In this document: positions 53,891 to 64,000 of the stretch, piece by piece
How positions within the stretch are numbered: position 1 is the stretch's first letter
Layout: every line of letters begins with the position of its first letter
Assembly (NCBI GenBank): GCA_015680685.1
Contig: MNCI01002045.1
Coordinates: 281,249-345,248, forward strand
DNA length: 64,000 bases
Direction: 5' to 3'
From: Gnetum montanum
Taxonomy: Eukaryota; Plantae; Gnetophyta
Translations under genes and position numbers: made by a program
Notes under the pieces: generated by a model
Databases searched by the model: none
Seen by the model: the letters and a program-made list of their open reading frames with translations, nothing else
What the model was told of the DNA's origin: nothing

Positions 53891-54369
53891 TGTAACCCTA
53901 CTTTCCCTAGCTTCCTATTCCCACTACTTCTTTCCTACAATTAACCATTTTTATTGTAGCCATTATATCTTTAAAATTTATTTATTTATTTTCCTAAAAC
54001 TAGTTGTTTATATCATTAAATTCTTTCATTTTTATACTGAGCATTGTGCTTTGCTCAATACCCTCCACTTGCAATATCGGCCTACTTGCAAGTGCACGTG
54101 CCCAGGCATCTTTGAGGGGCAGATTGTTTCCATTTTGTTCTTGTTATTTTTGTGGATCCTCGTTTCAGTTCAGGTCTGCCTTGCTTGGATGGGTGGGCGG
54201 GTGGGCATTTGGTTTATGTTTTTTGTATGTTTTTCTTACTGCCGATGCATAGTGTATAGAAGGGGTCTCGGGGGTGTGGTGTCAGTTTTGTTGGTTGTGG
54301 CTGGAAGGTCTTTATGTTGTCCAGGGTTACGTAACTGGTGAGAACCAGGGACTTGCAGATGGTGTCACA
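53891..54369. mobile_element. Candidate old solo LTR in TIC21 intron 3
   Basis: TGTAACCC...GGTGTCACA termini; flanks CCCTT/CTATT match only 3/5. Confidence 0.35.
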
Positions 54370-55530
54370 CTATTATTGGAGGTCCACAATATGGGCAGGA
54401 CTTGAAAAGGGACATGTATGAATAAAAACTCACTGCATAAAATCTAAATATCGTGAAGCATGGTTATGAAAAAATAACATTCATACAAAGTGTTAAATTT
54501 TGGTTTCTTTACAGGATCATAGGAAGGTGAATATAGTAGATTGCATTACAAACATAACATGTAGTTGTTTATAAACTTCCTAAGAACAAAATAAGGTTTC
54601 TTGATCTTCGAAATTGATATTTATAGATTCTTGTTTTCATGGACATTTTGGTTGTAACAGTTGTTCCTTTTGACCAACTATATATATCCGTAACAAATCC
54701 ATGTTAAAAATGTATCAAAAGTTAGTCAGCTGGAGATGTTCCCTTCTGTCATTAGCAGGGAAGCCAACACTTGCAAAGCATCTTTATATGTTATGCTAGT
54801 TCGCACAGCCCCTATGTTTCCTATTTTGCAATGTCAGCTTGGTAGAATAACTAGTCTTTCTTTATCAAGATGGAACCCCTCCATCATGCACTACCATCTT
54901 AAGTAAGTGGAATACTTAGTTAATCATATGTCAACTGTAAACCACATGTCCTTATAACCTCAGTACACCTACTTAGCTGAAGTGGTCCAAAAGATTAAAC
55001 TATTGCGGCACAAGTCATTCAGCCTTTGTTCAATGATCATGAGGAAAAGTTATGTAGTGCAGCAGCAGCAAAATTAGTAACTGAAACATGTTAGACAAAG
55101 TACCTTGACACATCCAAAGTTCAAATCTACGTGGGGGTATAACCACATTTCTAAGGCAACCTGCTTCTCTATAGCTGTGCTTGTGCAAAGCAATGACAAA
55201 GGGAGAAACTCTTTACCAATCACTATTTGGCTCGTTTGGTCAACATATTCTGACTAATTATATCTGACTTAAAACAGCGCGAATTTATGTTATCTTTTAT
55301 GGATTCATAATTTGACTTATTTGGCTGAAATTGGCTTATATACCTGGTTTTGGACATATAATACAGACCTTTACTTCATTTGCCGAATAATTATGATTTT
55401 AGCATCAAAAAGATCACATTATCCTTATGTTTGAAAATGGGACTTGACCAAAAATGACAAAATGAAGATAAGAGAGAATTTAGACTGACTGACAAATAAA
55501 TCTTCATTTTGATTGCTCCTGCCACTCGTT

Positions 55531-55952
55531 TAGATATATATTTATGATATATATCTATTATTTGGCCAAGAGAATCTTTTATATTTTTCAAATTAATAAA
55601 ATCTCAATGTAATTCACTGAGTATTAATTTTCACCTTAAAAATGAAAATCAAAACCAGTGTACGGTATTCAATGATAATTCACATGAAAAAGTGCACCCA
55701 TAACATTCCTCCTTATCTATTATGATAAGAGGAAAAAAACATGACCAGTAAAGCTCCACTCACCATTACCACAATAAAATTATTTTACCGTGACCAAGGA
55801 CTCTCTTTGACGAGGCTGATAGTTGGCCTCTTGGCCAATATTATTTTACCATGACTAGAAAGGTTCCCCCTTACCATTATGATGATAAAATTATTTTACC
55901 ATGACCAAAGACTCTCTTGGACAAGGCTGGTAATTGGCCTCTCAGCCAAAAA
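55531..55952. mobile_element. MITE-like non-coding repeat (copy 1, TIC21 intron 3)
   Basis: Homologous to 60401-60737. Near-terminal inverted motif TTTGGCCAAGAG...CTCTCAGCCAAA and internal ATTATTTTACCATGA repeats. Confidence 0.65.
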
Positions 55953-56162
55953 ATACAAGTGAATTATAGACAAGATTATAGGTCATATATCCTTGAAAAT
56001 GTCATATTACACCTGATCGAATTCATGCATTCATTAATCTTGTACCAAAATTACAGCAAAGTTTGCTCAAAGTTTCTATACATTGAATTAGGGAGTAAAA
56101 AAAAAATTCCTAACAGAAAAATTAAAAGACAAATAAAATCACAATAATATGAATTTACATAC

Positions 56163-56366
56163 CTGAACCAAAAAGACATCAAGAGCTAGTACAGGGCTAT
56201 ATCCTGGAGAGAGTCCCTGATAGTATGGAGCGGCAGAAGAAGTCAAAGCCTTTGCCACAAGAACTCCTACAGTGGCTTGCATCCCAAGAATAGTAGCACA
56301 CATACCAATTATGTTTATAAAAACACCAGTTTTTAACCTTTTGACAACTTCACCCCGGGCAGGTGC
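56163..56366 (-). CDS. TIC21: TIC21/PIC1 exon 3 (APARGEVVKRLKTG...GMQATVGVLVAKALTSS..YSPVLALDVFLVQ)
   Basis: 204 nt, AG/GT boundaries, phase 0. Contains the conserved PIC1 motifs GMQATVG and ALDVFLVQ. Missed by the ORF track. Confidence 0.95.
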
Positions 56367-57051
56367 CTAGACATTCAAACTTAAACATTGAGATTGAGAT
56401 AAAAATCAAGAAACGGAGCATTGTTTACAATGAAGTTCACAGGAAAGTTTGTTTAGCACAAAAGACAAAACACAAATTAGAAAAAGCATCATCACGAAAT
56501 CAGTTTTTAAAGGTAAACTTAAAATATGTTATAAGATGGAATTTTTGATGTAGAACCCATGGGTGCAGTACCTCAAATAATATCAATTACAAGATGGCAC
56601 ACTTTTCAGTTTTCAATGACCAAAAAAAATTGCTTACGAATTTGACACTTCCAAGGAAGCAACTCTGGATTTTTTTTTAAAAATGATGACAAAGTAAATA
56701 AGACTTTGTGTTTTCTAAATTATTTCACAGTTTTCGCTATCCTATTGTATTGTTCATGTTGCATCATAAACCTCAAATTTCTCAACCTGAATATTAATAC
56801 ATAAATTAAAATAAAGATAAATAGCATTTGTAAATGCTCTCCATCGCAAGCACCCGATGTAAACCACCTTATTTAATAAGAACCATCTAAAGCTATTCCC
56901 AGTAGATACCTAGTGGTTGGATACAATTTTCTACAACATGGTGCTAAAAAATTCAGGCATTTTAATGCAACATGGTAGTTAAATGATCATCTAAGTTCTT
57001 CTATGGCAGCAGAATTAATAGAAGCCAGTATAATTAGACTGATGCATTATA

Positions 57052-57226
57052 ACCTCATCATCCTAGCCTTGTCCCAAATATATGGAGTTGGCTACGTGAG
57101 TTTTCTTTTGCCCATTCACCTCTATCAAGAACTAAAGATTGATCTATTCATAATTTTATCATATCTGTTTTAACCAATTTTTCCTATGTCCTTTTTTGGT
57201 CATCCTCTCAACACATTTCCTCAAAG
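57052..57226 (-). mobile_element. 5'-truncated RTE-clade LINE fragment in TIC21 intron 2
   Basis: Minus strand encodes RG*PK..EKLVKTDM..LVLDRGEW..HVANS followed by TTGGGACAAGGCT..GATGATG, the typical plant RTE 3' end. TSD-like GATGCATTATA/GATGTATTATA at 57041-57051 and 57227-57237. Confidence 0.75.
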
Positions 57227-57722
57227 GATGTATTATATACCCCATCAATTAATAATATAAAGTTGATGTTGCAGGTTGCGGGTTCAATCCCATTGCATAT
57301 GCTAAAATACATGTCAACTGTTGGGCATGGTAACAGGTTAGCCCACGTTGTTAGGATAGAAGCAACCATCGTGATGATCAAGATGCTGATGAGTGTTGCA
57401 AATTCTGCCAATTTCTATTAACTCCAAATCTTATCGATCATCATTTAAAGTTACATGCAAACTATAACAGCAGTCATTTATGGACTTCATCGGAGAGGAA
57501 AACCTGAAATTTAATATCATAAAAAAATCAGTCATCCAGTAATTAAATACATTATATTATGTTAGTAGCATCTGAACATGTATTTATAACCGACCTTGTT
57601 AAACAAAGAGTATCTTGATCAAATTTGCATACTGAAACTGTTGTAAATTTTCTAAAGATTCCACTGCAATACAGGTTGCAACCAATTGATAGTAAATATA
57701 CTCATTCTGCAACTTTACATAC

Positions 57723-57980
57723 CTTTGTAGGATCATTGGCATTTTTCCGCAGTCGTTCAGACAGTCGTATGTATCCGAAAGACCAGAAGACAGACAAAAA
57801 TGCTGCTGCAATACCAATAGCGCTTAAATAAAATGTTGCAGGCGAAGTAGGGCTACCTGTGATGACAACCGAAAAGGCAAGTATTACGGCAGATACAACT
57901 GCGCATACGAGTTGGCTCCAAAAGCCCAAACCCCCCAGCCTCTTGAAATACCGCCCTGTGTTTTCTAAACGTTTAGTAAC
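57723..57980 (-). CDS. TIC21: TIC21/PIC1 exon 2 (VTKRLENTGRYFKRLGGLGFWSQLVC...FWSFGYIRLSERLRKNANDPTK)
   Basis: 258 nt, AG/GT boundaries. Contains the hallmark PIC1/DUF3611 motifs FKRLG..GFW.QLV and FWSFGYIRLS. Confidence 0.97.
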
Positions 57981-58776
57981 CTGCAAGTTCACGTAAATAA
58001 ATAGCAGGAAATGAGAACTTCAATCCCGCGAGTTTAAAACAAAACTAAAAATAATAATAAACTATATCGATCACATTAAGGAAAACTACTGGCAGATAAG
58101 CAAAGGAATGAATAATAGTTAAGAGACATGAATGCTTTATTTAAGATAAGGCAGAGAAAGGTAAACAATATGTGCAGATCAATACCAAAACATATGGGGT
58201 GCTGCTTTTTAACATTTGGTCATTAGAGACTAATCAAGATTAGATAACCGTGCCACCTGAAATTCTCAAGATTTGACATAACACTTTCATTGCAAAGAAC
58301 CATAGCCTTGTATCAATATAAGCACTAATATACCTTCAGAAAGATTGTACTTTACTGTGCACTTGAGAAATTACAATTACTGTCTCTCCCAGCCAGGAAG
58401 CAATAAATAATAATATAAAAAGGACATGTAGATAATTACTATAATTCGCAAGTTACTATGGTACTATTTTACGGATTATGCGTAGCGCAGTGATAAATAA
58501 ATAACGGAAGATATGATGGACCAGGGGTGACTCGATGCCTAAATAACCCTGTAAAAAATCTCAAGAAACCATTCAAAGATTCGTTCTAAAAGAATTGATC
58601 ACTAATATGCCTCGAATTTTGTCATACATCCATTCTTGCCAAACTCACACTGATTTGTTAAAAATAGCGCATGATTCATAAATCTTTAACCCTAAGATCC
58701 CCGGAAAAATACAAAGAGCAGCACCGTACATTTCTTTTAAAATAAACTCAAGGCATGAAAATTTATTCCGACTTAC

Positions 58777-59118
58777 CTGAGCAAGCTTCTCCCTCTCGCG
58801 TTCTGCCTCTGGTGAAGGATACCCGGCCGAGGCATTCGAATTAAATGCCGTGAAAGAATGTCTATACACAGTGCTGAGATTTTTGAAGAAGCTAAAACTG
58901 ACCAAACGTGGTAATACCAGATTGCATGATGGGGGTTTAAAGGACCGATGGGCAGAAGCGATAGCAGGGGAATGAAATTTACGAGAAGAAGCTCCACCAT
59001 ATCTTGGCAGAGGCGATAATAATAATGCAGGCCTTCCATCGTGCATCTGCGTGTGCATTTGCACACACAGCAACGATTTAGATGATGATGATACTGCTGC
59101 TGCTGCTAATGTCATCAT
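58777..59118 (-). CDS. TIC21: TIC21/PIC1 exon 1 (plastid transit peptide, ends EREKLAQ)
   Basis: ATG at 59118, Ser/Ala-rich transit-peptide-like N-terminus, CAG|GTAAGT donor, 342 nt phase 0. Total protein 305 aa. Confidence 0.9.
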
Positions 59119-59421
59119 GGCTCGCTCGCTCGCTCGCTCACTGGTTTTAGTACGTTGGGTTGTCTTCTCAAGCTCCAAAATCTAAACAGAGCGGCTTCAC
59201 ATTTCGGTGCCTACAATCTCGTTGAGTTTAAAAGAATATATTGAACTCTTTCGAGTACATCAACACAGATCTACTGTACGTTTTTGGCGCTCGGAAGAGC
59301 ATGCAGTAGTGTGTAGCAATAGTTCGTTTTGGTAACTATGGTAAGGCATTGTAGCATGCAGAAATGATTGCTAATATTGCTGCTTCGCTAAAAAAATTCT
59401 AAGGATTTTATTAAGCTGAAA

Positions 59422-59488
59422 ATTAATATGAACAAAAGGGAATCACACCTTGAAGATTAATATAGACAAAAGGGAATCAAACCTTCAA
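59422..59488. repeat. 34-bp tandem duplication in the TIC21 upstream region
   Basis: ATTAATATGAACAAAAGGGAATCACACCTT and ATTAATATAGACAAAAGGGAATCAAACCTT. Confidence 0.85.
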
Positions 59489-60400
59489 TCTAATGTTTAT
59501 TATTCAAAGTAATTACTATTATTTTATTTCATTGCTGTAATTATGATTTTTTTTTATTTCTATTTAAACAAGTGTTCCTAGGTCCCACCCTTGCTATGCT
59601 TTGACAACATGGGGTGCTAATGATGAGCTTTGAATCTAGTGAATCCAAAAGAGTCAAAAGAGTTTGTTACTATAATATTGTTGCCTTGATATTGTCCAAC
59701 ACAAAGGAATTCCTTTGGACTCAATGAATTTGGGTAGAAGATTGAGGGATTACATCTACTAATAACCTATATGACCCACTTCTTAACAAAGAAGGAAACA
59801 AGCTACAAATGAGAATCCACATAAACCTCTACTTCAAGGATAAACATCTACAATTCCTATGAGGATTAGCACAAACAAATGATACTAAGAACATCATTAA
59901 GGAGTAACAACAATTTATCCCCAATATGTGCCTTACCACCAAAACTCACACTATCTAGTACAAGGTTTGATGCAAAGTTACACTAGAACTTCAATCCAAA
60001 CTACCCATGTAGTTCTTCAAATAGAGAGAGAAGACAAAGAGTTAGTAAGAGGAAATCGGATGGAGCCTTATCATCACTCCAAATTATGGCCCCTTTTACC
60101 ATCCTCAAATCTTAACATTGAACATAAGAATACTTATTATGTATTTATGCATTACTAAAGAAACTTCAACACCTCACTTAGTAAGTAAAAATTTTGATAA
60201 TAATGTTGATTTCACACTTTTAAATAGTGTTTGGGGATGGTGGGTGTGGTTGTAACCTGAACTAAATTTTTTATAGTGTGGGGTGTTCTGGTGTTGTTTT
60301 GTGCCTGTGAGGTATTGTTAGAACCCAAAATAATTGAAATAGACACCCCAAGACATATAGTTAAATTAAGGGAATTTTGTACTCCACAATATTAACTAAT

Positions 60401-60737
60401 TTAGCTATATATTTATGATATATATATATTATTTGGCCAAGAGAATTTTCTATATTTTTTAAATTAAAATTTTCAAATTGGTTCCCTAAAAACTAATTTT
60501 CCAAAGACAAAGTCCAAGTTACAAAGTAGTTGGGCTTTCGCAAATAATAATTCCCATAAAAAATTTCATCTCTTATCTTAGCTTTATGACCATAATTATT
60601 TATTTATCATGGCAAAGTTCAACAAAAAAATCATGACCAAGAAAACTCCCCTTCACTATTACAATGATAAAATTATTTTACCATGATAGAGAAGAACTTG
60701 TTTAGTTGAGACCAATAATTGATCTCTTCACCAAAAT
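60401..60737. mobile_element. MITE-like repeat (copy 2, upstream of TIC21)
   Basis: Homologous to 55531-55952 in the same orientation. Confidence 0.65.
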
Positions 60738-60928
60738 AATGAGCAAAGAAAATTCAAATTACATCTGCAACACCAAAAAAATATATATAAAGAAAAAACT
60801 TTACAATTTTAGGAGTATCTATTTATGTGTACAACTTTAAAATTAATACTTTGAAAAATAGCTAAAGAAAATTAATTATTAGTAGGAAGAAAGGTCTCAA
60901 TGCTAACAACATTTACATTACTTTTCAA

Positions 60929-61200
60929 CACCCATGCTTGAACTTAAAATAGCAAAAGGATTTGACATAGAGAGCTATAGTTTAATACCAATATTTGTAT
61001 CAAAACCATATTTACTAGAAAATGATAACACATCTTCTAAAAGATCTTCTCCTCATCACTTGTTATTAATCATAAAGTAAAAACCTTTACAATTAGCTAT
61101 AATCTTTTTGTGGACTCTAGTTTTAATCTTTGCATTAATAGTATTCTTGCTAGAAAAGGAAAATTTTGCTTTATGAGCTATATGTATGAACTTATCAGTA
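60929..61200 (-). mobile_element. Possible highly decayed Ty1/copia 3' end
   Basis: Weak RNase H C-terminal resemblance (NAKIK, DTNIGIKL) followed by GCATGGG|TGTTGAA. Confidence 0.3.
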
Positions 61201-61860
61201 AAAATATATAGGAACTTTTGTCTTCTTTGATTTCTTTATTACTATTTGATTATTCTTATCATTAACATTAATTTGATTCTTCACATCTTCAACTTTATAT
61301 TATTTTTTTCAATCTTTAACATCAACACATTTTTTCTTTTTTTTTTAGAATATTTTTTTCTTGAGCAAAAAAGGATACGTATTTAACAAATGTCCTTCAC
61401 AATGGCAAAAGTTATAAGAATTAGAAAGATTATAATGTGTATTTGGTTGAATATAATTCTTTCCACATACTTATAATACTAATTCTTTTTTATGATTACG
61501 AAGATTAATTTCTTATGGGACTTTAAAATATTCTTCAAATTAGACATCAAAATTTGGAGCTTACTTATAAATGTGCTTATGTCTAAAAGACCCTATATCT
61601 ATGACATGTTGCACCATCGCAACATTTTCTAGCTCAAGAAGCAAAAAAAAAAATGAGAATAATACCTAACATAAAGGATCTTAATGTCATATTTTTTTCA
61701 TCACATCATTTAACTATGAAACAAAACTTTGATTACGAGGCAGGTAAGATTTCAATGAACACATATGGTAATGAAAGATTAGCAACTAATGACTCATGTG
61801 CATAATCAAAAAGAACAAAATTAGGTGTCTTAATTACATCAACATCACTAGAAGAAGACA

Positions 61861-62430
61861 TGTAACATCCCATATTTTTGGATGCTTGGTTAGTATGTTT
61901 CTTTCCTTGAGATTTCATGTTTTGATGATGTATGGGTATGTTGTACTTTGATCTTGATTCTTATCAGTTACATTTTAGATGGTACATATGTATTTAGTAT
62001 ATTCTATGCTTTTGATCCATGTGGTGATATGATACTTGTGCATCTTTCTAGTTATGTGCTTTTTCATTATGTTTTTTCATTAATATATTTTTTATCTAGC
62101 ATGTGGGCACTAGCCCTATTGATGAGTGTGACAGGATTCTACGGAGGTTGTGGTGGAAGCATGACATGGTTTAACACTAGTAATTTTTGTGTGGATTATT
62201 TTGAATGTAAGCTAATTATGTTCTTATATTTAATTTAATTTAATATGCTTAGTTGGCTTAGAGATATTATTGGCATATGATGTTTTAGTATTTTACCTTA
62301 TTGAATTATGTTACAATGGGAACATGAGTGAGAAAATTACATGAGTTGTGGCACCTGTGGTGGAATGATTCTCTTAGATGAACTCTTATTATGGTAACTA
62401 GTCTAATTTCCCTCTACATGATTTTAGCAT
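61861..62430 (+). repeat. 5' part of a Tekay-family LTR
   Basis: TGTAACATCCCATATTTTTGG compared with TGTAGCACCCCATATTTTTGG at 27324; further blocks match 27700-27920. Confidence 0.7.
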
Positions 62431-62475
62431 TGATGAGCAACAAATACCCCTATGCTCAATGATATGAATCACTAA
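62431..62475 (-). repeat. Terminus of an older family A LTR, itself interrupted after 45 bp
   Basis: TGATGAGCAACAAATACCCCTATGCTCAA compared with TGATGAGTGGCGAGGTACCCCTACACTCAA. Confidence 0.65.
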
Positions 62476-64000
62476 TGATGAGTGGCGAGGTACCCCTACA
62501 CTCAACCATACGAATACGAGCGTGTACGTGTGATCCGGTCGAACTCCGCAGACTAAATGCCTTAACGCCACAAGAAANNNNNNNNNNNNNNNNNNNNNNN
62601 NNNNNNNNNNNNNNNNNNNNNNNNNNNNNNNNNNNNNNNNNNNNNNNNNNNNNNNNNNNNNNNNNNNNNNNNNNNNNNNNNNNNNNNNNNNNNNNNNNNN
62701 NNNNNNNNNNNNNNNNNNNNNNNNNNNNNNNNNNNNNNNNNNNNNNNNNNNNNNNNNNNNNNNNNNNNNNNNNNNNNNNNNNNNNNNNNNNNNNNNNNNN
62801 NNNNNNNNNNNNNNNNNNNNNNNNNNNNNNNNNNNNNNNNNNNNNNNNNNNNNNNNNNNNNNNNNNNNNNNNNNNNNNNNNNNNNNNNNNNNNNNNNNNN
62901 NNNNNNNNNNNNNNNNNNNNNNNNNNNNNNNNNNNNNNNNNNNNNNNNNNNNNNNNNNNNNNNNNNNNNNNNNNNNNNNNNNNNNNNNNNNNNNNNNNNN
63001 NNNNNNNNNNNNNNNNNNNNNNNNNNNNNNNNNNNNNNNNNNNNNNNNNNNNNNNNNNNNNNNNNNNNNNNNNNNNNNNNNNNNNNNNNNNNNNNNNNNN
63101 NNNNNNNNNNNNNNNNNNNNNNNNNNNNNNNNNNNNNNNNNNNNNNNNNNNNNNNNNNNNNNNNNNNNNNNNNNNNNNNNNNNNNNNNNNNNNNNNNNNN
63201 NNNNNNNNNNNNNNNNNNNNNNNNNNNNNNNNNNNNNNNNNNNNNNNNNNNNNNNNNNNNNNNNGCACTATGCATGTCGCGTCTCATCATACCCCCATGA
63301 CTGAATGAAAACTCATCCTCGAGTTCCTTACAATGATATCAGGTAGGTATGGGATTATTGAGGGGAATGGAACTAATGGGATGACATGTGAACGGGTCTT
63401 TATTACAAGACTTGACAAAACTGGTGTTCATGACAACAAGGGTGAACACCTTATTACAATGACATCAGGCCACATTTGGTAGCTGAGAGAAAAGAGGAGA
63501 GAGAATAGAAGAGAAAAAGGGAGAAGAGTCTTACTGCTGCCAACTCCTAGATTGCGCCTTCCGTTGTCCATCCGTAAGCGCATTATACATTCTACTCCTT
63601 GCATAGTTGCTTCAGTGTTGTTCCATTCCAAGTGTTTGCGCCAGATCCATTCCGGTGTTGTATGATTACCATCTACACACAAAACACAATCATATATTAG
63701 CAAGGTAATTGAATCATTAAGTGAATAATACCTTGCTTCGGTTTAGGTTCATTGGCTAGGTTGTGGTATGGCTGATATGGATCTGGGAAGATGTATATGA
63801 TGACTACCGAAGGTGTAGGGGTTAAGAAGAAAAACGAAAAAATCCGGGGCATAGGAGAAAAATCAAAAAATCAGGTCCTGTACCCCCATGACTAATCACG
63901 AACCTCCAGTAGCGTTAGAATGGAGAAAGAAAAGGAGTAAGAAAGATAGGTGAAAAGGGACAACTATGGCATCAGTGAAGTGGATGTCAAGATGGAAATG
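62476..64000 (-). mobile_element. 3' end of a family A element (3' LTR 62476-63289, PPT 63290-63303), continuing beyond the window
   Basis: TGATGAGTGGCGAGG...CTCATCA then TACCCCCATGACTGAATGAAAACTC, as at 44917. Confidence 0.85.
62578..63264. other. Assembly gap (N)
   Basis: Run of N. Confidence 1.

Noticed and set aside
52637-54341. Several short ORFs in TIC21 intron 3 as a nested gene or extra exons
   Set aside because: Exons 3 and 4 join in phase into a complete PIC1, and the ORFs have no recognisable motifs.
57270-57295. tRNA gene suggested by GGTTCAATCCC
   Set aside because: Isolated B-box with no A-box or cloverleaf.
59119-59178. N-terminal extension MELEKTT... of TIC21
   Set aside because: The ORF-track start is TTG and the region contains a (GCTC)n repeat; the first ATG is at 59118.

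Overview
Land-plant nuclear DNA, AT-rich and dominated by nested, decayed Ty3/gypsy LTR retrotransposons, with three N gaps. There is one intact host gene: a 4-exon TIC21/PIC1 chloroplast inner-envelope permease on the minus strand (CDS 59118->50760, 305 aa). From left to right: (1) an old Athila-type element (~518-17920) carrying a nested gag+protease-only element (1823-6582, TSD CAAAG) and a solo LTR; (2) the 3' end of another Athila-type element; (3) a Tekay/Del chromovirus (~19585-30948) interrupted by two solo LTRs; (4) fragments of further elements; (5) a chromodomain Ty3 element (34467-50344) with a gag-only element (44049-50151, TSD CAGGT) in its 3' LTR; (6) TIC21; (7) another LTR nest. 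The most unusual region is the 4.5-kb leader of the 34467-50344 element. It holds a decayed multi-exon antisense accessory gene (35213-37397), tandem motif arrays and a gapless 5S-rRNA-derived Pol III promoter block (39089-39155) about 310 bp upstream of gag. All alignments were done by eye, and family assignments come from recognised motifs, not database searches.
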